In this document: in pieces, positions 20,625-30,371 of the stretch
Layout: each line of letters opens with the position of its first letter
Position numbering within the stretch: position 1 is the stretch's first letter
Program-made: the position numbers and the translations under genes
The notes under the pieces: generated by a model
Database searches by the model: none
Seen by the model: only the letters and a program-made list of their open reading frames with translations
Told to the model about the DNA's origin: nothing
Origin: Candidatus Pacearchaeota archaeon
GTDB lineage: Archaea > Nanobdellota > Nanobdellia > Pacearchaeales > GW2011-AR1
Assembly (NCBI GenBank): GCA_964202455.1
Contig: CAXNIJ010000002.1
Span: 5,667 to 69,666, forward strand
Direction of reading: 5' to 3'
Length of the DNA stretch: 64,000 nt

Positions 20625-21239
20625 ATGACTGAACAAAAAACCGAAGAATCCTTCAAAATCTTTGACATCTATAGCACAAATGAAGTAATTGTAAAAGATC
20701 CTGCATTAAAACCTTATTTGAACATAGGTTCAAAATTACTTTTAAAATCATACGGAAGAAGAAAAGATAAATTTGCAGTTGGAAAAATTCCAATAATAGA
20801 ACGTATTGCAAATAGATTAGCCGTTCCAGGTCATGTTGGTAAAAAGCATAAAATAATTACTAGTTGGAGTTCAGGTAAATATAATAGAAATATGAAAACT
20901 ATGCTACAGACACTCGAAATTATTCAAAAGAAAACAACAAAAAATCCTATCCAAGTTTTAGTCGAAGCAATAGAAAATTGTTCTCCAAGAGATGAAATAA
21001 CCGTTATAGAATCAGGTGGTGCACGTTATCCTCAAGCGGTTGATTGTAGTCCGTTAAGAAGAATTAATTTAGCAATTCGCTGGATGATTCAAGGTTCTTA
21101 TGGAAAAGCTTTCGGAAAGAAAACAAAAATGGCGGATGCATTAGCCAATGAAATCATGAACGCAGCAAAAGGAACAATGGATAGTTTCGCCATGGGTAAA
21201 AAGAACGAAGCCGAAAAGCAAGCAGACGCTGCAAGATAA
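20625..21239 (+). CDS. rps7: 30S ribosomal protein S7 (uS7)
   Basis: NPIQVLVEAIENCSPR, GGARYPQAVDCSPLRR, KKNEAEKQADAAR. Confidence 0.98.
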   Translation: MTEQKTEESFKIFDIYSTNEVIVKDPALKPYLNIGSKLLLKSYGRRKDKFAVGKIPIIERIANRLAVPGHVGKKHKIITSWSSGKYNRNMKTMLQTLEIIQKKTTKNPIQVLVEAIENCSPRDEITVIESGGARYPQAVDCSPLRRINLAIRWMIQGSYGKAFGKKTKMADALANEIMNAAKGTMDSFAMGKKNEAEKQADAAR

Positions 21240-21271
21240 TTTTATATACCCTATTATATCGCACACCTAAT

Positions 21272-21796
21272 ATGATTCTTCCTTATTATGTACAAAAAAG
21301 AATTGAAATTGTTAAATCTCTTGAAAATGTAGAGTTTCCTTCTCCTGATTCATTGATAAATTTTGTTTGTGAAATAAGCGACAAAGAAAGAGAAGAGATA
21401 TTTACTAAAGAAAAAGGCGGAAGAACAGAAGAAATATTTAGCATTCGACAAGCAATACAGTACTTATTGAGAAAAAAATTCAAATTAGAATATTCTTTAA
21501 TAGGAAGACTAACACATAAACACCATGCTACAGCTAAGTATGCAATGGAGGGACTGGAAGAAATGCTTAATACATATGGAAAGCATATTCAGCCCATAGA
21601 TTTGCGTGAACGCCTAGCAAGCTATTTTAAAGAGAATCCTGAAGAGGGGCCTCGTCAATCTCCTTTTCATCTTCAAATACAGTTAGAAATCAAGCTCTCC
21701 CTTACTAAGGCACAAACGTATTATCTTGTATTTAATCACAAAGACCGTAAGACTTCGGAAGTGAGAGAATCAAGAACTATATCTATAAATTTGTAA
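21272..21796 (+). CDS. HTH protein resembling the DnaA C-terminal (domain IV) fold
   Basis: RQAIQYLLRKKFKLEYSLIGRLTHKHHATAKYA resembles the RQIAMYL...SL..IG....DHTTV.HA consensus. Confidence 0.55.
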   Translation: MILPYYVQKRIEIVKSLENVEFPSPDSLINFVCEISDKEREEIFTKEKGGRTEEIFSIRQAIQYLLRKKFKLEYSLIGRLTHKHHATAKYAMEGLEEMLNTYGKHIQPIDLRERLASYFKENPEEGPRQSPFHLQIQLEIKLSLTKAQTYYLVFNHKDRKTSEVRESRTISINL

Positions 21797-21837
21797 TCAT
21801 AAAAACGATACGCCCCTCTAGCTTAAACCTCCAGGAT

Positions 21838-21885
21838 GTCAAGAACATACGTCCTTGACGGCACTCAAGAATCAGAGATTCTTAA
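21838..21885. repeat. Dispersed tandem-hairpin repeat, type B
   Basis: GTCAAG..CTTGAC-GGCAC-TCAAGAATC..GATTCTTAA; related copies at 47958-48050 and 62009-62056. Confidence 0.7.
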
Positions 21886-21926
21886 TAAGTGGAGTTTGAT
21901 ATGGCGCTCGTTACATAAAAGAAATT

Positions 21927-22394
21927 TTAATAAGTATTATTAAAATTAAGAAGATAAATCCAAACAGGATTACTAATAATTCCAAAGATTATCGATGAAA
22001 TAACTGCTTGTTTCTGTTCTAAAGTCTGTCTAAATAGAAGTGCATAAGAAGCCATTCCAGCTACAACAAACACAGTCATACCTATTATCGATATTTTAAG
22101 ATAATAATTGGAAACCTGACCTGCAATAGCTAAAGCCAATATATCGATTACTATACCTATAATGGTAATATAAATAATTCTAGATACTTTTCCAATTTTA
22201 TTTCTTTGTTCAAATTTCTTAAAAGAAAATAACAAAGCATAAACAATAACTAAGTTTATCAAGAAATTTATAATAAGAAATAGTACCAAATAGAGTAATG
22301 AATAAGAAGTACTTGCATCTGGAGCAATGAGATCTGCATTCACAAATGGGGCAAGCATAAGAATAACAAACAATAATAAACTCTTCAGTTTCAT
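21927..22394 (-). CDS. Membrane protein
   Basis: Signal peptide followed by about four hydrophobic helices. Confidence 0.7.
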   Translation of the reverse strand: MKLKSLLLFVILMLAPFVNADLIAPDASTSYSLLYLVLFLIINFLINLVIVYALLFSFKKFEQRNKIGKVSRIIYITIIGIVIDILALAIAGQVSNYYLKISIIGMTVFVVAGMASYALLFRQTLEQKQAVISSIIFGIISNPVWIYLLNFNNTY

Positions 22395-22416
22395 ATACTA
22401 ATAAGAAACTAGGAGT

Positions 22417-23355
22417 TTAAAAATGCTTGGAATATCCCGATATGAGTTCAGAAAAACATCCAAGTGTACTATTCCAAGAAACTCGAGTACAAAGAGACAA
22501 TCCTCTAGGTATCTCTTTTGAAAGTCCAAACTCACTTGCTGCTCCCAATAAGCAAGCCTTCGAATCATTGCAAACGAAAAGAATTTCACTTAGTTTATAA
22601 TTTGATCTTCTAGCAGCCAAAACACCAAATCCCTTTTCACAATCAAGCTTATACTTTACATCTAAAGTATTACATTTCTTTAACCCTTCAGACAAAGAAA
22701 CATTCTGCTCCGTAACTCGTATCCCTACATACCAAAAACATTCTCGCATAAATTCGTTTTCTTCACAAATACTAAAAGTTTCATTTGTAGAATTTCTCGA
22801 TAGATGCATACGAGGACTAAACTCTTCCATAAAAACTCCAGATAGGCATGCGCTCCGATACGCAACATTATTCTCTAGTTTACAGACGCTTAGTGCTTCA
22901 TTCAGGTTATAATTGAAGAAAACCTCAAGTCCGTGTCCCAGTCCATGAAAACACTGAAGTCGTAAAGCTGAACTTTTAAGACTTTGAATACACAGATCGC
23001 TAACGTTAATATCTTCAAAGTCCGCACCTAAGAAAAGCCCATGAATAAATCCTGTTCTGCATAATTCAATAACTTCACTTGCTTCATGCATCGATTTTTT
23101 AATTCCAAATTTACCTGAAGAAATTTCTCCAAGTCTATGTAAAAGAAAATGACATTCATCACTCGTCAAATTTCCTTGTTCATAAGCGTCTTTAATAAAT
23201 TCTAAAGTGAGTTTAATTCCTTTCTGATCTAAAATAACAGTAACTGTTGCATCTTCTAATGAAGAACTATCTTCTTCATAAGCCATCACAAAACTAGAAA
23301 CAAAAATAATAATGACTAACATAGATAAACTTATTTTAAAAGAAAATGGATACAT
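22417..23355 (-). CDS. Exported Cys/His-repeat protein
   Basis: Signal peptide; repeated C-H-x3-H-x-x-G, CxxGxxHG and CFHGLGHG units. Confidence 0.7.
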   Translation of the reverse strand: MYPFSFKISLSMLVIIIFVSSFVMAYEEDSSSLEDATVTVILDQKGIKLTLEFIKDAYEQGNLTSDECHFLLHRLGEISSGKFGIKKSMHEASEVIELCRTGFIHGLFLGADFEDINVSDLCIQSLKSSALRLQCFHGLGHGLEVFFNYNLNEALSVCKLENNVAYRSACLSGVFMEEFSPRMHLSRNSTNETFSICEENEFMRECFWYVGIRVTEQNVSLSEGLKKCNTLDVKYKLDCEKGFGVLAARRSNYKLSEILFVCNDSKACLLGAASEFGLSKEIPRGLSLCTRVSWNSTLGCFSELISGYSKHF

Positions 23356-23399
23356 AGAATCTGATAAAAATCAAGATATTTTAATCTTTGCAATTTCTA

Positions 23400-25814
23400 T
23401 CATCTAAAATAATACTTTAAGAAACCATTATCTCCAACTACATTACCTGTAATTACTCCGCCAGTCACAGGAGGTGGTGAAGTAGATGAAGCAGGTTCTG
23501 ATGGCGGTGGAGAAGATGAAGGTGGTGGACTAGTCTGTGTTTGAGTTCCTGCTGGAGGTTGCTGGAACTGTCCCTGAGGTGGCTGTTGCTGAGGCGGTTG
23601 AGTTCCTGCTGGAGGTTGCTGGAACTGTTGTCCTGAAGGAGGCATCTGACCTTGAGGAGGACATACTTGCCCTGGTGGACAGAAAGATTGTCCAGGTGGT
23701 TGTTGATTTCTAAACTGATCTGGTTGTTGCTTAAATTGATCCTGTTGCTCACGCATACGTTGCTCGTTTTCCTTTCTCATCTGATCTCCTTGTTCTCTCT
23801 GTTGTTGCCCTTGTTGATCCATAACTTTCCTACAAGATTCAGCGGTAAGAGCATTTGCTTGTCTACATTGTTCAGGAAAATTGCCTGGTTGTCCTACTTG
23901 ATTAAATTGTTGATTATTTTTAAATTGGTCTGGTTGTTGTCTTTGTTGATCATCATTAAAACATCTACAAGGATTTGATCTATCTATACTGCTAAACCCA
24001 CAATCCCATCTACCGCCCTTATTCATACATTCCTTAGCAAAATTCTCCTCATAATCTTTTTGCTTCTTAAATTGATCTTGTCTACCTTGCATCATAATTT
24101 TCTCACATGTCTCTTTAGTCGTTGCACCTACTTTAGTACATTCATTCGGCCAGTTTCCTCCTCCTTGATTTGATCCACCAAAAGAACCTCCAGACTTAAA
24201 GTCACCATTAAAACTTCCAAAATTATCTGAACCAAACTGTCCTGAAAATTCTTTCCCTGCATCCTGAACATGATTCGACATCTCATCAAAACACTTTAGA
24301 CGCTCTTCTTTGTCCTTAACATCTGAACAACTCTTTCCAAAAGCAAATCCTTGTCCAGGTTTTCCTTGGCCACCTTTAGACTGCATAATTTCTTGGCATT
24401 TTCTAGAGTCACTAGGATTTTCTCCAGTCAATCCAGCATCCTTACATTCTTGAGGCGCCTTTTGAACAAACATCAACTTACCGCATTCCTTATGATCTTT
24501 AACTCCAGCATCCATGCACTCTTTGGGAGCATTTTGTTTAAACATAATCTCTTCGCATAATTTTCTAGCGTCGCGTTCATTAGTAATTTTCTGCTTATTT
24601 AATTCTGCTTTACATTCTTCAGGAGCGTGTGTTCGAATCATAATTGGGGCGCATTCTTCTGGAGTCTTTGCTCCAGCTTTTACGCATTCTTCTGGCATGA
24701 ATCTACCAAACTGTTCTTTACTCATCTCCTCTTGTACTTCGGCAAAAGTATCCTGCAAATATTCAGGAAGTAAATCTTCCATTCCACGTGTAGCATCATC
24801 CATTTTCTCACATGCGGATTGATCCTTCTTATTTTGACAAGCATCAGCAAGGGGAGCTACAATTTTACATCGAAGTGAAAAATCCTTGACATTAATATCA
24901 TCGCATTTGCAATTCTTCCCTTGAGTTTCCATACATTGAATCATAACGTCTTTGAATTTCTTAACATCTTCTTTTTGAGAATCAGTCAATTTCTTATCCT
25001 GTTTTTGTCTCCACTCGGGAGCATCCTTATCAAGTTTACAGATAGTAGCATACTGAGCAGGATCGAGTTTTGCCAACTCATTACAAAGGGTATTAATCTT
25101 ATCTGCAACTTCAACTGCTTTAGCATTAAGCTCTGCCTGCTTAACAACCCCCTCTACAAGTTCCTTTCTATCTACTTGAGGAACTTTATCTTCCACTTCT
25201 TTTATAGTATTTCTAATCGCTGCAGAATCTCTCTGAATCTTCTCTTTTTTTTCAGGATCAGCTTCCTTTTCTATTTTGGAGGCATATCCCTTATATTTTT
25301 CGAGTGCTTTCTTAGCAGATTTAAAATCTCCACTTTCAACCGCAGATTTAACTTCAGCAATTTTCTGCTTCGCATTTTCATCATCAGATCTAAATGGTGC
25401 TCTAGCATACTCTTCCCAAAAATAAAAGAAACTTCCCGGAGTAAGACCGGTACTTCTATCCAGTTTCTCATCTTTATATTCTTCTGGAATAGCAGAGGTA
25501 GAAATAGTTTCTTTTTTAACTTCAGTCTTAGTTTCTGTATTTACATCTGATTTAGTAGTAGTAGTTGAGGAAGATGGAGTCATCGTAGAAGTCTTCGTAT
25601 CTGTCACAGTTTTCACATCAGTTGCCGCAGAAGAAGTTGTTGTTTGAGAGCTCGCGGTCGAGGATTTCTCCACTATAGCAGTTGTACTAGTATCTGTAGC
25701 AACGGTCGCACCTGCCTCGCTTTCAACAGCAATAGCAAAACTAAAAGATAAAATCAATAAAAACAAAACAAAAAAACTTCCACCAATTCTTTTCATAATA
25801 CAAAATAATAACAA
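23400..25814 (-). CDS. Large exported protein (DUF5667-like helical domain, Cys repeats, Q/P-rich tail)
   Basis: Signal peptide, T/S-rich linker, GLTPGSFFYF motif, repeated APxECxxAG units, Q/P tail with a 31-nt exact duplication (23541/23598). Confidence 0.8.
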   Translation of the reverse strand: MLLFCIMKRIGGSFFVLFLLILSFSFAIAVESEAGATVATDTSTTAIVEKSSTASSQTTTSSAATDVKTVTDTKTSTMTPSSSTTTTKSDVNTETKTEVKKETISTSAIPEEYKDEKLDRSTGLTPGSFFYFWEEYARAPFRSDDENAKQKIAEVKSAVESGDFKSAKKALEKYKGYASKIEKEADPEKKEKIQRDSAAIRNTIKEVEDKVPQVDRKELVEGVVKQAELNAKAVEVADKINTLCNELAKLDPAQYATICKLDKDAPEWRQKQDKKLTDSQKEDVKKFKDVMIQCMETQGKNCKCDDINVKDFSLRCKIVAPLADACQNKKDQSACEKMDDATRGMEDLLPEYLQDTFAEVQEEMSKEQFGRFMPEECVKAGAKTPEECAPIMIRTHAPEECKAELNKQKITNERDARKLCEEIMFKQNAPKECMDAGVKDHKECGKLMFVQKAPQECKDAGLTGENPSDSRKCQEIMQSKGGQGKPGQGFAFGKSCSDVKDKEERLKCFDEMSNHVQDAGKEFSGQFGSDNFGSFNGDFKSGGSFGGSNQGGGNWPNECTKVGATTKETCEKIMMQGRQDQFKKQKDYEENFAKECMNKGGRWDCGFSSIDRSNPCRCFNDDQQRQQPDQFKNNQQFNQVGQPGNFPEQCRQANALTAESCRKVMDQQGQQQREQGDQMRKENEQRMREQQDQFKQQPDQFRNQQPPGQSFCPPGQVCPPQGQMPPSGQQFQQPPAGTQPPQQQPPQGQFQQPPAGTQTQTSPPPSSSPPPSEPASSTSPPPVTGGVITGNVVGDNGFLKYYFR

Positions 25815-25879
25815 GAGATATATAAATCTTCCTAAAAATTTTTACAAAGACTTAAAAAACTCCATTTCCTAAAAGAAAG

Positions 25880-26662
25880 ATGGCTGAAAGAGTAAAATGT
25901 GAAATCTGTAATACTGAATTCAAAAATGCAGATGGCTTAACCCAACATCAAAATGCCAAACATTCTAACAACTCCTTATCTCATACACCTCATAAGTCAC
26001 ATTCGCCACAAATTCCATCTTCGATAGATTCTCTTTCATATTCTGGAAAAAAAACTTACTTAATAATTTTAGGAATATTTCTAGCAATAGCTCTTATTTG
26101 GTTTTTCAAATCTTCTCCTCAAATAGAAACAACAGTTAACATGACAATAGCAATGGGCACAGGCAGACCAACTTTAGGCAATCCTGATGCAAAGGTAACA
26201 ATGGTAGAATTTTCAGACTTTCAATGTCCCTATTGTGCAAAATTTGCAGAAGAAATTTATCCTCTACTTAAAAAAGAATATATAGACGCAGGAAAAGTAA
26301 AACTTATTTTTAGAAACTATCCAATTTTCCAAGCCCATCCTAACGCCATGTCTGCGGCAGAAGCATCACTTTGCGTCTATCAACAAGGAGGTAAGGATTC
26401 ATACTTCCCATATCACGAAAAATTATTTGCAAATTCAGAATCTCTAACTTCAGAAAATCTGAAATCTTGGGCAAATGATGCGGGATTTAATATTTCAACT
26501 TGCCTAGATAGTCACACTTTTCGAACAGAAGTTCTAAAAGATATGGATGATGGAAATCTCATAGGCGTAAAGGGAACTCCTTCATTTGCAATTAACGGCA
26601 AATTCATTGAAGGCATCTTACCTTATTCTGAATTAAAAAAGCTTCTTGATAAACTTGCATAA
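25880..26662 (+). CDS. DsbA-family thioredoxin with an N-terminal C2H2 zinc finger and TM anchor
   Basis: CEICNTEF...LTQHQNAKH, TM helix, EFSDFQCPYC, GVKGTPSF. Confidence 0.92.
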   Translation: MAERVKCEICNTEFKNADGLTQHQNAKHSNNSLSHTPHKSHSPQIPSSIDSLSYSGKKTYLIILGIFLAIALIWFFKSSPQIETTVNMTIAMGTGRPTLGNPDAKVTMVEFSDFQCPYCAKFAEEIYPLLKKEYIDAGKVKLIFRNYPIFQAHPNAMSAAEASLCVYQQGGKDSYFPYHEKLFANSESLTSENLKSWANDAGFNISTCLDSHTFRTEVLKDMDDGNLIGVKGTPSFAINGKFIEGILPYSELKKLLDKLA

Positions 26663-26688
26663 AATATCTATTGAAATAGCTGTAAACT

Positions 26689-27084
26689 TTACACACCATA
26701 TGATCTTAATGAAAGAGAAACAATTCTCAAAGTAAAAATAAATTTATCTAATATGGGGGCAGGACTCTTCCATGCAAAATAAAAGCTTTTCTTTATTTCA
26801 AAAGAATCGAGGGGAGAATTCATTTCTTTTCCATATCTTTCTGCATGATTTAAATAATCTTTTCCATCTCTTAAATTTCCTCCGGCAAGGCATGTAAGTG
26901 CTTCATCGTACCATAATTCACGAGCCTTATCAGTTCCAATCAAGAGAAGTTTCTCAAGCTCTTCTCGAGGAATAAAATTTTTTAAAGAGGGTAAAATCGC
27001 CCTAACTGTATCTATATCTCCACCAAGAGCGCAATTTCTAGCAAAAAAATATCTTTTTTCCAAAACTTCTTGATTATTTTCCAT
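26689..27084 (-). CDS. Hypothetical helical protein
   Basis: 131-aa ORF with a duplicated A..C..GG motif and a TATA-like box upstream. Confidence 0.55.
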   Translation of the reverse strand: MENNQEVLEKRYFFARNCALGGDIDTVRAILPSLKNFIPREELEKLLLIGTDKARELWYDEALTCLAGGNLRDGKDYLNHAERYGKEMNSPLDSFEIKKSFYFAWKSPAPILDKFIFTLRIVSLSLRSYGV

Positions 27085-27125
27085 AAAAAAGGATAATAAA
27101 TTTCTTATTTAAATGTAATGCGGTT

Positions 27126-27953
27126 CTAATGTATCGGTTGCTCTTGCTTAGACAAACTATCTAGTGGATTTTTAACTTTCCTTAATTGATCTCCTGAAAT
27201 ATGAGTATAAATTTGTGTAGTGCTAAGTGAACTATGTCCCAGTAATGCTTGAATCATTCTTATATCCGTCCCTTGTTCAAGCAAATGTGTAGCAAAACTA
27301 TGTCTCAAAGTATGCGGAGTAATTTTTTTCGTAATTCCCGTCCTTTTTCTTATGCCCATTATAATTTTCTGCACATTTCTAGTAGTCAATGGTTTTTCCT
27401 TAGAAAAAAGATAAACATAATTTCTATCTTTCAAATATCCCTCAATATCTTTACCTAGTCCTTCAGAAAGAACGAACATTCTATCTTTGGCGCCCTTACC
27501 TCTTCTAACCCATCCAGTATTTTCTCTAAAATTCATATCCTGAACTTTCAAATTAACTAATTCAGAAACTCTTAAGCCAGAAGAATATAAAAGAGAAACC
27601 ATTAATCGAGATTTCTCACTATCTGTATTTCCAATTACCATTTTCATTTCTTCTTGACTTAAAACTTCCGGCAATTTCTTATCTTTCTTAGGCATTTTGA
27701 TCTGAGCAAAATCTTTTTTCAAAATTTCCACATAAAAGAATTTTAGCGCGGCGGCTGCAAGCATAATCGTGTTTTTTGATTTAGTTTCAAACAATTCAGA
27801 TAAATATAGTTTAGCATCATCAATATTCAAGCTCTCTGCTTCTTTACCAGATTTCTTTAAAAATTTTTCAACAAAAAAACTATAATTCCTCACAGTCAAT
27901 GGAGAAAGTCCTCGCAAACGTAATTCACTTTTAAGTTGATTTAATGATTCCAT
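27126..27953 (-). CDS. xerA: XerA/XerD-type tyrosine recombinase
   Basis: LLYSSGLRVSE, GKGAKDR, TPHTLRHSFATH, LLGHSSLSTTQIYTH; all catalytic residues present. Confidence 0.93.
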   Translation of the reverse strand: MESLNQLKSELRLRGLSPLTVRNYSFFVEKFLKKSGKEAESLNIDDAKLYLSELFETKSKNTIMLAAAALKFFYVEILKKDFAQIKMPKKDKKLPEVLSQEEMKMVIGNTDSEKSRLMVSLLYSSGLRVSELVNLKVQDMNFRENTGWVRRGKGAKDRMFVLSEGLGKDIEGYLKDRNYVYLFSKEKPLTTRNVQKIIMGIRKRTGITKKITPHTLRHSFATHLLEQGTDIRMIQALLGHSSLSTTQIYTHISGDQLRKVKNPLDSLSKQEQPIH

Positions 27954-28040
27954 CTTTTTTATCTAATTGAAATAAAACGAACTTGTATTTAAAGCTTCAG
28001 GTTTCCCAAGCTATTTATACTCTCAAAGTCTATAAAACTT

Positions 28041-28304
28041 ATGAATAATAAAGGTTTTTTCAAAATACTCTTATCGACCACAATAACCCTTCTCATTCTT
28101 AGTGCTTTATTTTTTTATATTATTTCAAATCCAAAAGAGAGTCTACAAATAAGCGGACAAGCGGCGAAAGCAATCGTCGATAGTACTGTGGAAACTTTCA
28201 AAAAAACCAATTCTTCAAACGTCTCAATTTCTAGTCTTTCTAAACCAATGCCTGAGAAAAAAGAAAACAGCGTTTCTATAGTTGGAAGAGCAATACAGGA
28301 ATAA
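28041..28304 (+). CDS. Small membrane-anchored protein
   Basis: MNNKG followed by a hydrophobic helix (class III signal-like). Confidence 0.55.
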   Translation: MNNKGFFKILLSTTITLLILSALFFYIISNPKESLQISGQAAKAIVDSTVETFKKTNSSNVSISSLSKPMPEKKENSVSIVGRAIQE

Positions 28305-28352
28305 GTCCAAAATCGCCACAAACCTTTTATACTCCTTATTCTGCAAAGAACT

Positions 28353-28511
28353 ATGGATGAAAAAAAGATGTTGAAAATGGCCTTAATTGCAGGAGCTTCT
28401 GAAGCTATGAAATATAAAAATGAGCATCCTTCTGCATCTACCGAAGAAGTCATTCGACATGTAAGCGCGAACTCATCAGAAGTAGTAAGTAAAATTAACA
28501 CAGTGCAATAA
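28353..28511 (+). CDS. Small hypothetical protein (52 aa)
   Basis: Below the ORF-track cutoff: MDEKKMLKMALIAGASEAMKYKNEHPSASTEEVIRHVS...; TATA box about 28 nt upstream. Confidence 0.6.
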   Translation: MDEKKMLKMALIAGASEAMKYKNEHPSASTEEVIRHVSANSSEVVSKINTVQ

Positions 28512-28614
28512 TTCTTAGTATATAATCTCTGAATTTATCATCTAGAACAATTAGCAAAGCTAATTAACTTGTCACTGGAAATGTTTAAAAGCCCTTCCTC
28601 TTTCATTGCACTAT

Positions 28615-28746
28615 GCGGGGGTGCCTGAGCGGTTAAAAGGGCAGGACTTAAGAAGTCACTCGTTCGTTAGAACGAATATAGATCAGGAAATCGTTAGGAA
28701 ATCCTGTGGCTTAGTGCCTACGGAGGTTCGAATCCTCCCTCCCGCA
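28615..28746 (+). tRNA. tRNA-Leu(UAA) with a 48-nt intron at 37/38 (28653-28700)
   Basis: GCGGGGG/CTCCCGC acceptor stem, CAGGA-CT-TAA-G[intron]A-TCCTG, long variable arm, GGAGG-TTCGAAT-CCTCC. Confidence 0.93.
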
Positions 28747-28751
28747 TTATA

Positions 28752-29483
28752 CTATTGAGGCATCTTGATGCGCATATTTTCAAGTATTTGTATATATCCA
28801 TCGGGTTGACAAACCATCGTCTGTCCTGAATCTTTAAACTCTAGCACATGTTCAACGAGTTTTTTAGCAACAAGAGAAGGTTGAGCTAAAACTGCATGAC
28901 TCTTCATTATTTCTAGACCGTTCATATTTCTCAACGAATCTTCTATCCTTCTAAAGGAGAGTGTATCGCAAGTAGGAATACAGTAATGATTTGCTCGTAT
29001 TCTTTGATTCCTTAAAGCAAAGTTTTGAGTATATTCTCTTAAAGCATGTTTTGCCTCTGCATAAGGAATAAGTTCAGGACATTCACTAGCTGATCTGTAT
29101 GACCATTGACTTCCAAACGTCACAACAAGTGGATGAGTACTCTTCATCAGGGATTCTTCAAGAATACTCAAAGCTATTTGTACATACGTAATATTTCTAT
29201 CAAGATGTTTTTTATAGACTTCGGGTGTTTGTTTTTCAACTTTTCTCGGATAAGCGTAGCCTGCAATACACCAAAGAGAATCAATAACTGGATTACATTC
29301 TTTAATAGTTAAAAAGATATTATGTAATTTCTCTTCATCAGCCACATCGCATGAGAAATGAGGTGAATTCTCCAGTCCGTTTAATGATCTACTAACAGTC
29401 GTTATCTTCGCTGCTCTATTTAAAAGCTCTTCCGAAACGTATTTTCCTAAACTACTCGTTCCACCAATGATTAAGGCGTTCAT
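28752..29483 (-). CDS. Short-chain dehydrogenase/reductase
   Basis: IIGGTSSLG Rossmann motif and YAEAK (YxxxK). Confidence 0.88.
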   Translation of the reverse strand: MNALIIGGTSSLGKYVSEELLNRAAKITTVSRSLNGLENSPHFSCDVADEEKLHNIFLTIKECNPVIDSLWCIAGYAYPRKVEKQTPEVYKKHLDRNITYVQIALSILEESLMKSTHPLVVTFGSQWSYRSASECPELIPYAEAKHALREYTQNFALRNQRIRANHYCIPTCDTLSFRRIEDSLRNMNGLEIMKSHAVLAQPSLVAKKLVEHVLEFKDSGQTMVCQPDGYIQILENMRIKMPQ

Positions 29484-30280
29484 TTTGTTGCCGTTAACAC
29501 CTTCATCGGCCAGTTAAGCACATATTGACTGAGAGAATTTTTAGTTACCCCTAGAATTTTCTTACATCCTTCTAATGTAGCTTGATACTTTTTAGTTTCA
29601 TCTCCTGGTAAGAAAGTCATAGCATGAAGTTTATAGATGAATCTTCCCAAATCAAGCGGAGATTGAAATACCCACTCTTGAGGTAAAGATTCTATGTTCA
29701 CATAATGCTCTTTAAATCCAGCAAGCTTACAAAGCGTTTGAGCAAAAGCATCAGAGAGAAATTTAACTTCATGCCCTGTATTGCAATATTGAGCTACTTG
29801 AGAATCAAAGTGCTCTGCAAGCTTTGATCCTTGAAAGACGTCACATATTACGGCAGTTCCTCCAGATTTCAAAGAGCCATAAATGCGTTTCATTGCTTCT
29901 GTTTGATTTGAACAATGGTGAAATGCTCCAAAAGACCAGACTTTATCATATGAACCTTTTCTTAGAGGTATCTCCTCTGCTCCCGAAGTAAGTACTTCAA
30001 GTTGTGAAACGTTAACTCTGTTTTTTAGGTTAGATAGTTGGTATTGTGAGGGATCAGTTACAGTGTACTTTCCTTCCCCACCAACGGCATATACTATTGA
30101 CTGACAGAAATACCCATTTCCTTCACCAATACCTAGAATATTATCCCCAGACTTTGGACGAAGGTGTTTGAACATAGATTGTATATCCATTGCTCTTGCT
30201 AAAGGGTATTCTTTCAATGCTTCTTCATAGAGTTTAGCTCTTTCTCTACTGAATTCTGCTTCTTTCGCTTGGTATGCCAT
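29480..30280 (-). CDS. Class I SAM-dependent methyltransferase
   Basis: ILGIGEGNG, YDKVWSFGAFHH, LKSGG; second ATG (MAYQAKE) chosen from promoter spacing. Confidence 0.85.
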   Translation of the reverse strand: MAYQAKEAEFSRERAKLYEEALKEYPLARAMDIQSMFKHLRPKSGDNILGIGEGNGYFCQSIVYAVGGEGKYTVTDPSQYQLSNLKNRVNVSQLEVLTSGAEEIPLRKGSYDKVWSFGAFHHCSNQTEAMKRIYGSLKSGGTAVICDVFQGSKLAEHFDSQVAQYCNTGHEVKFLSDAFAQTLCKLAGFKEHYVNIESLPQEWVFQSPLDLGRFIYKLHAMTFLPGDETKKYQATLEGCKKILGVTKNSLSQYVLNWPMKVLTATK

Positions 30281-30311
30281 ACAGAGGCGGCAACAATGTC
30301 TCATTTAAACA

Positions 30312-30336
30312 TAAGCCGTCGCTTTACAACGGCTTA
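30312..30336. promoter_or_regulatory. Candidate operator between divergent TATA boxes
   Basis: Perfect 8-bp inverted repeat TAAGCCGT-N9-ACGGCTTA. Confidence 0.5.
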
Positions 30337-30371
30337 GAAAGGTTTATATTCTCAAAAAATCAAAGAGAACT

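Noticed and set aside
23541-23628. 31-nt direct repeat as a mobile-element signature
   Set aside because: It is an in-frame coding repeat (QFQQPPAGTQ) in a low-complexity tail.
24921-25550. Long antisense ORFs in the track (also 24514, 61393, 50738, 3278 and others)
   Set aside because: These are shadow frames of well-supported genes on the opposite strand, with no motifs or promoters.
28515-28546. dif site near xerA
   Set aside because: The TATAA/TTAT arms are separated by 9 nt rather than the 6 nt expected.
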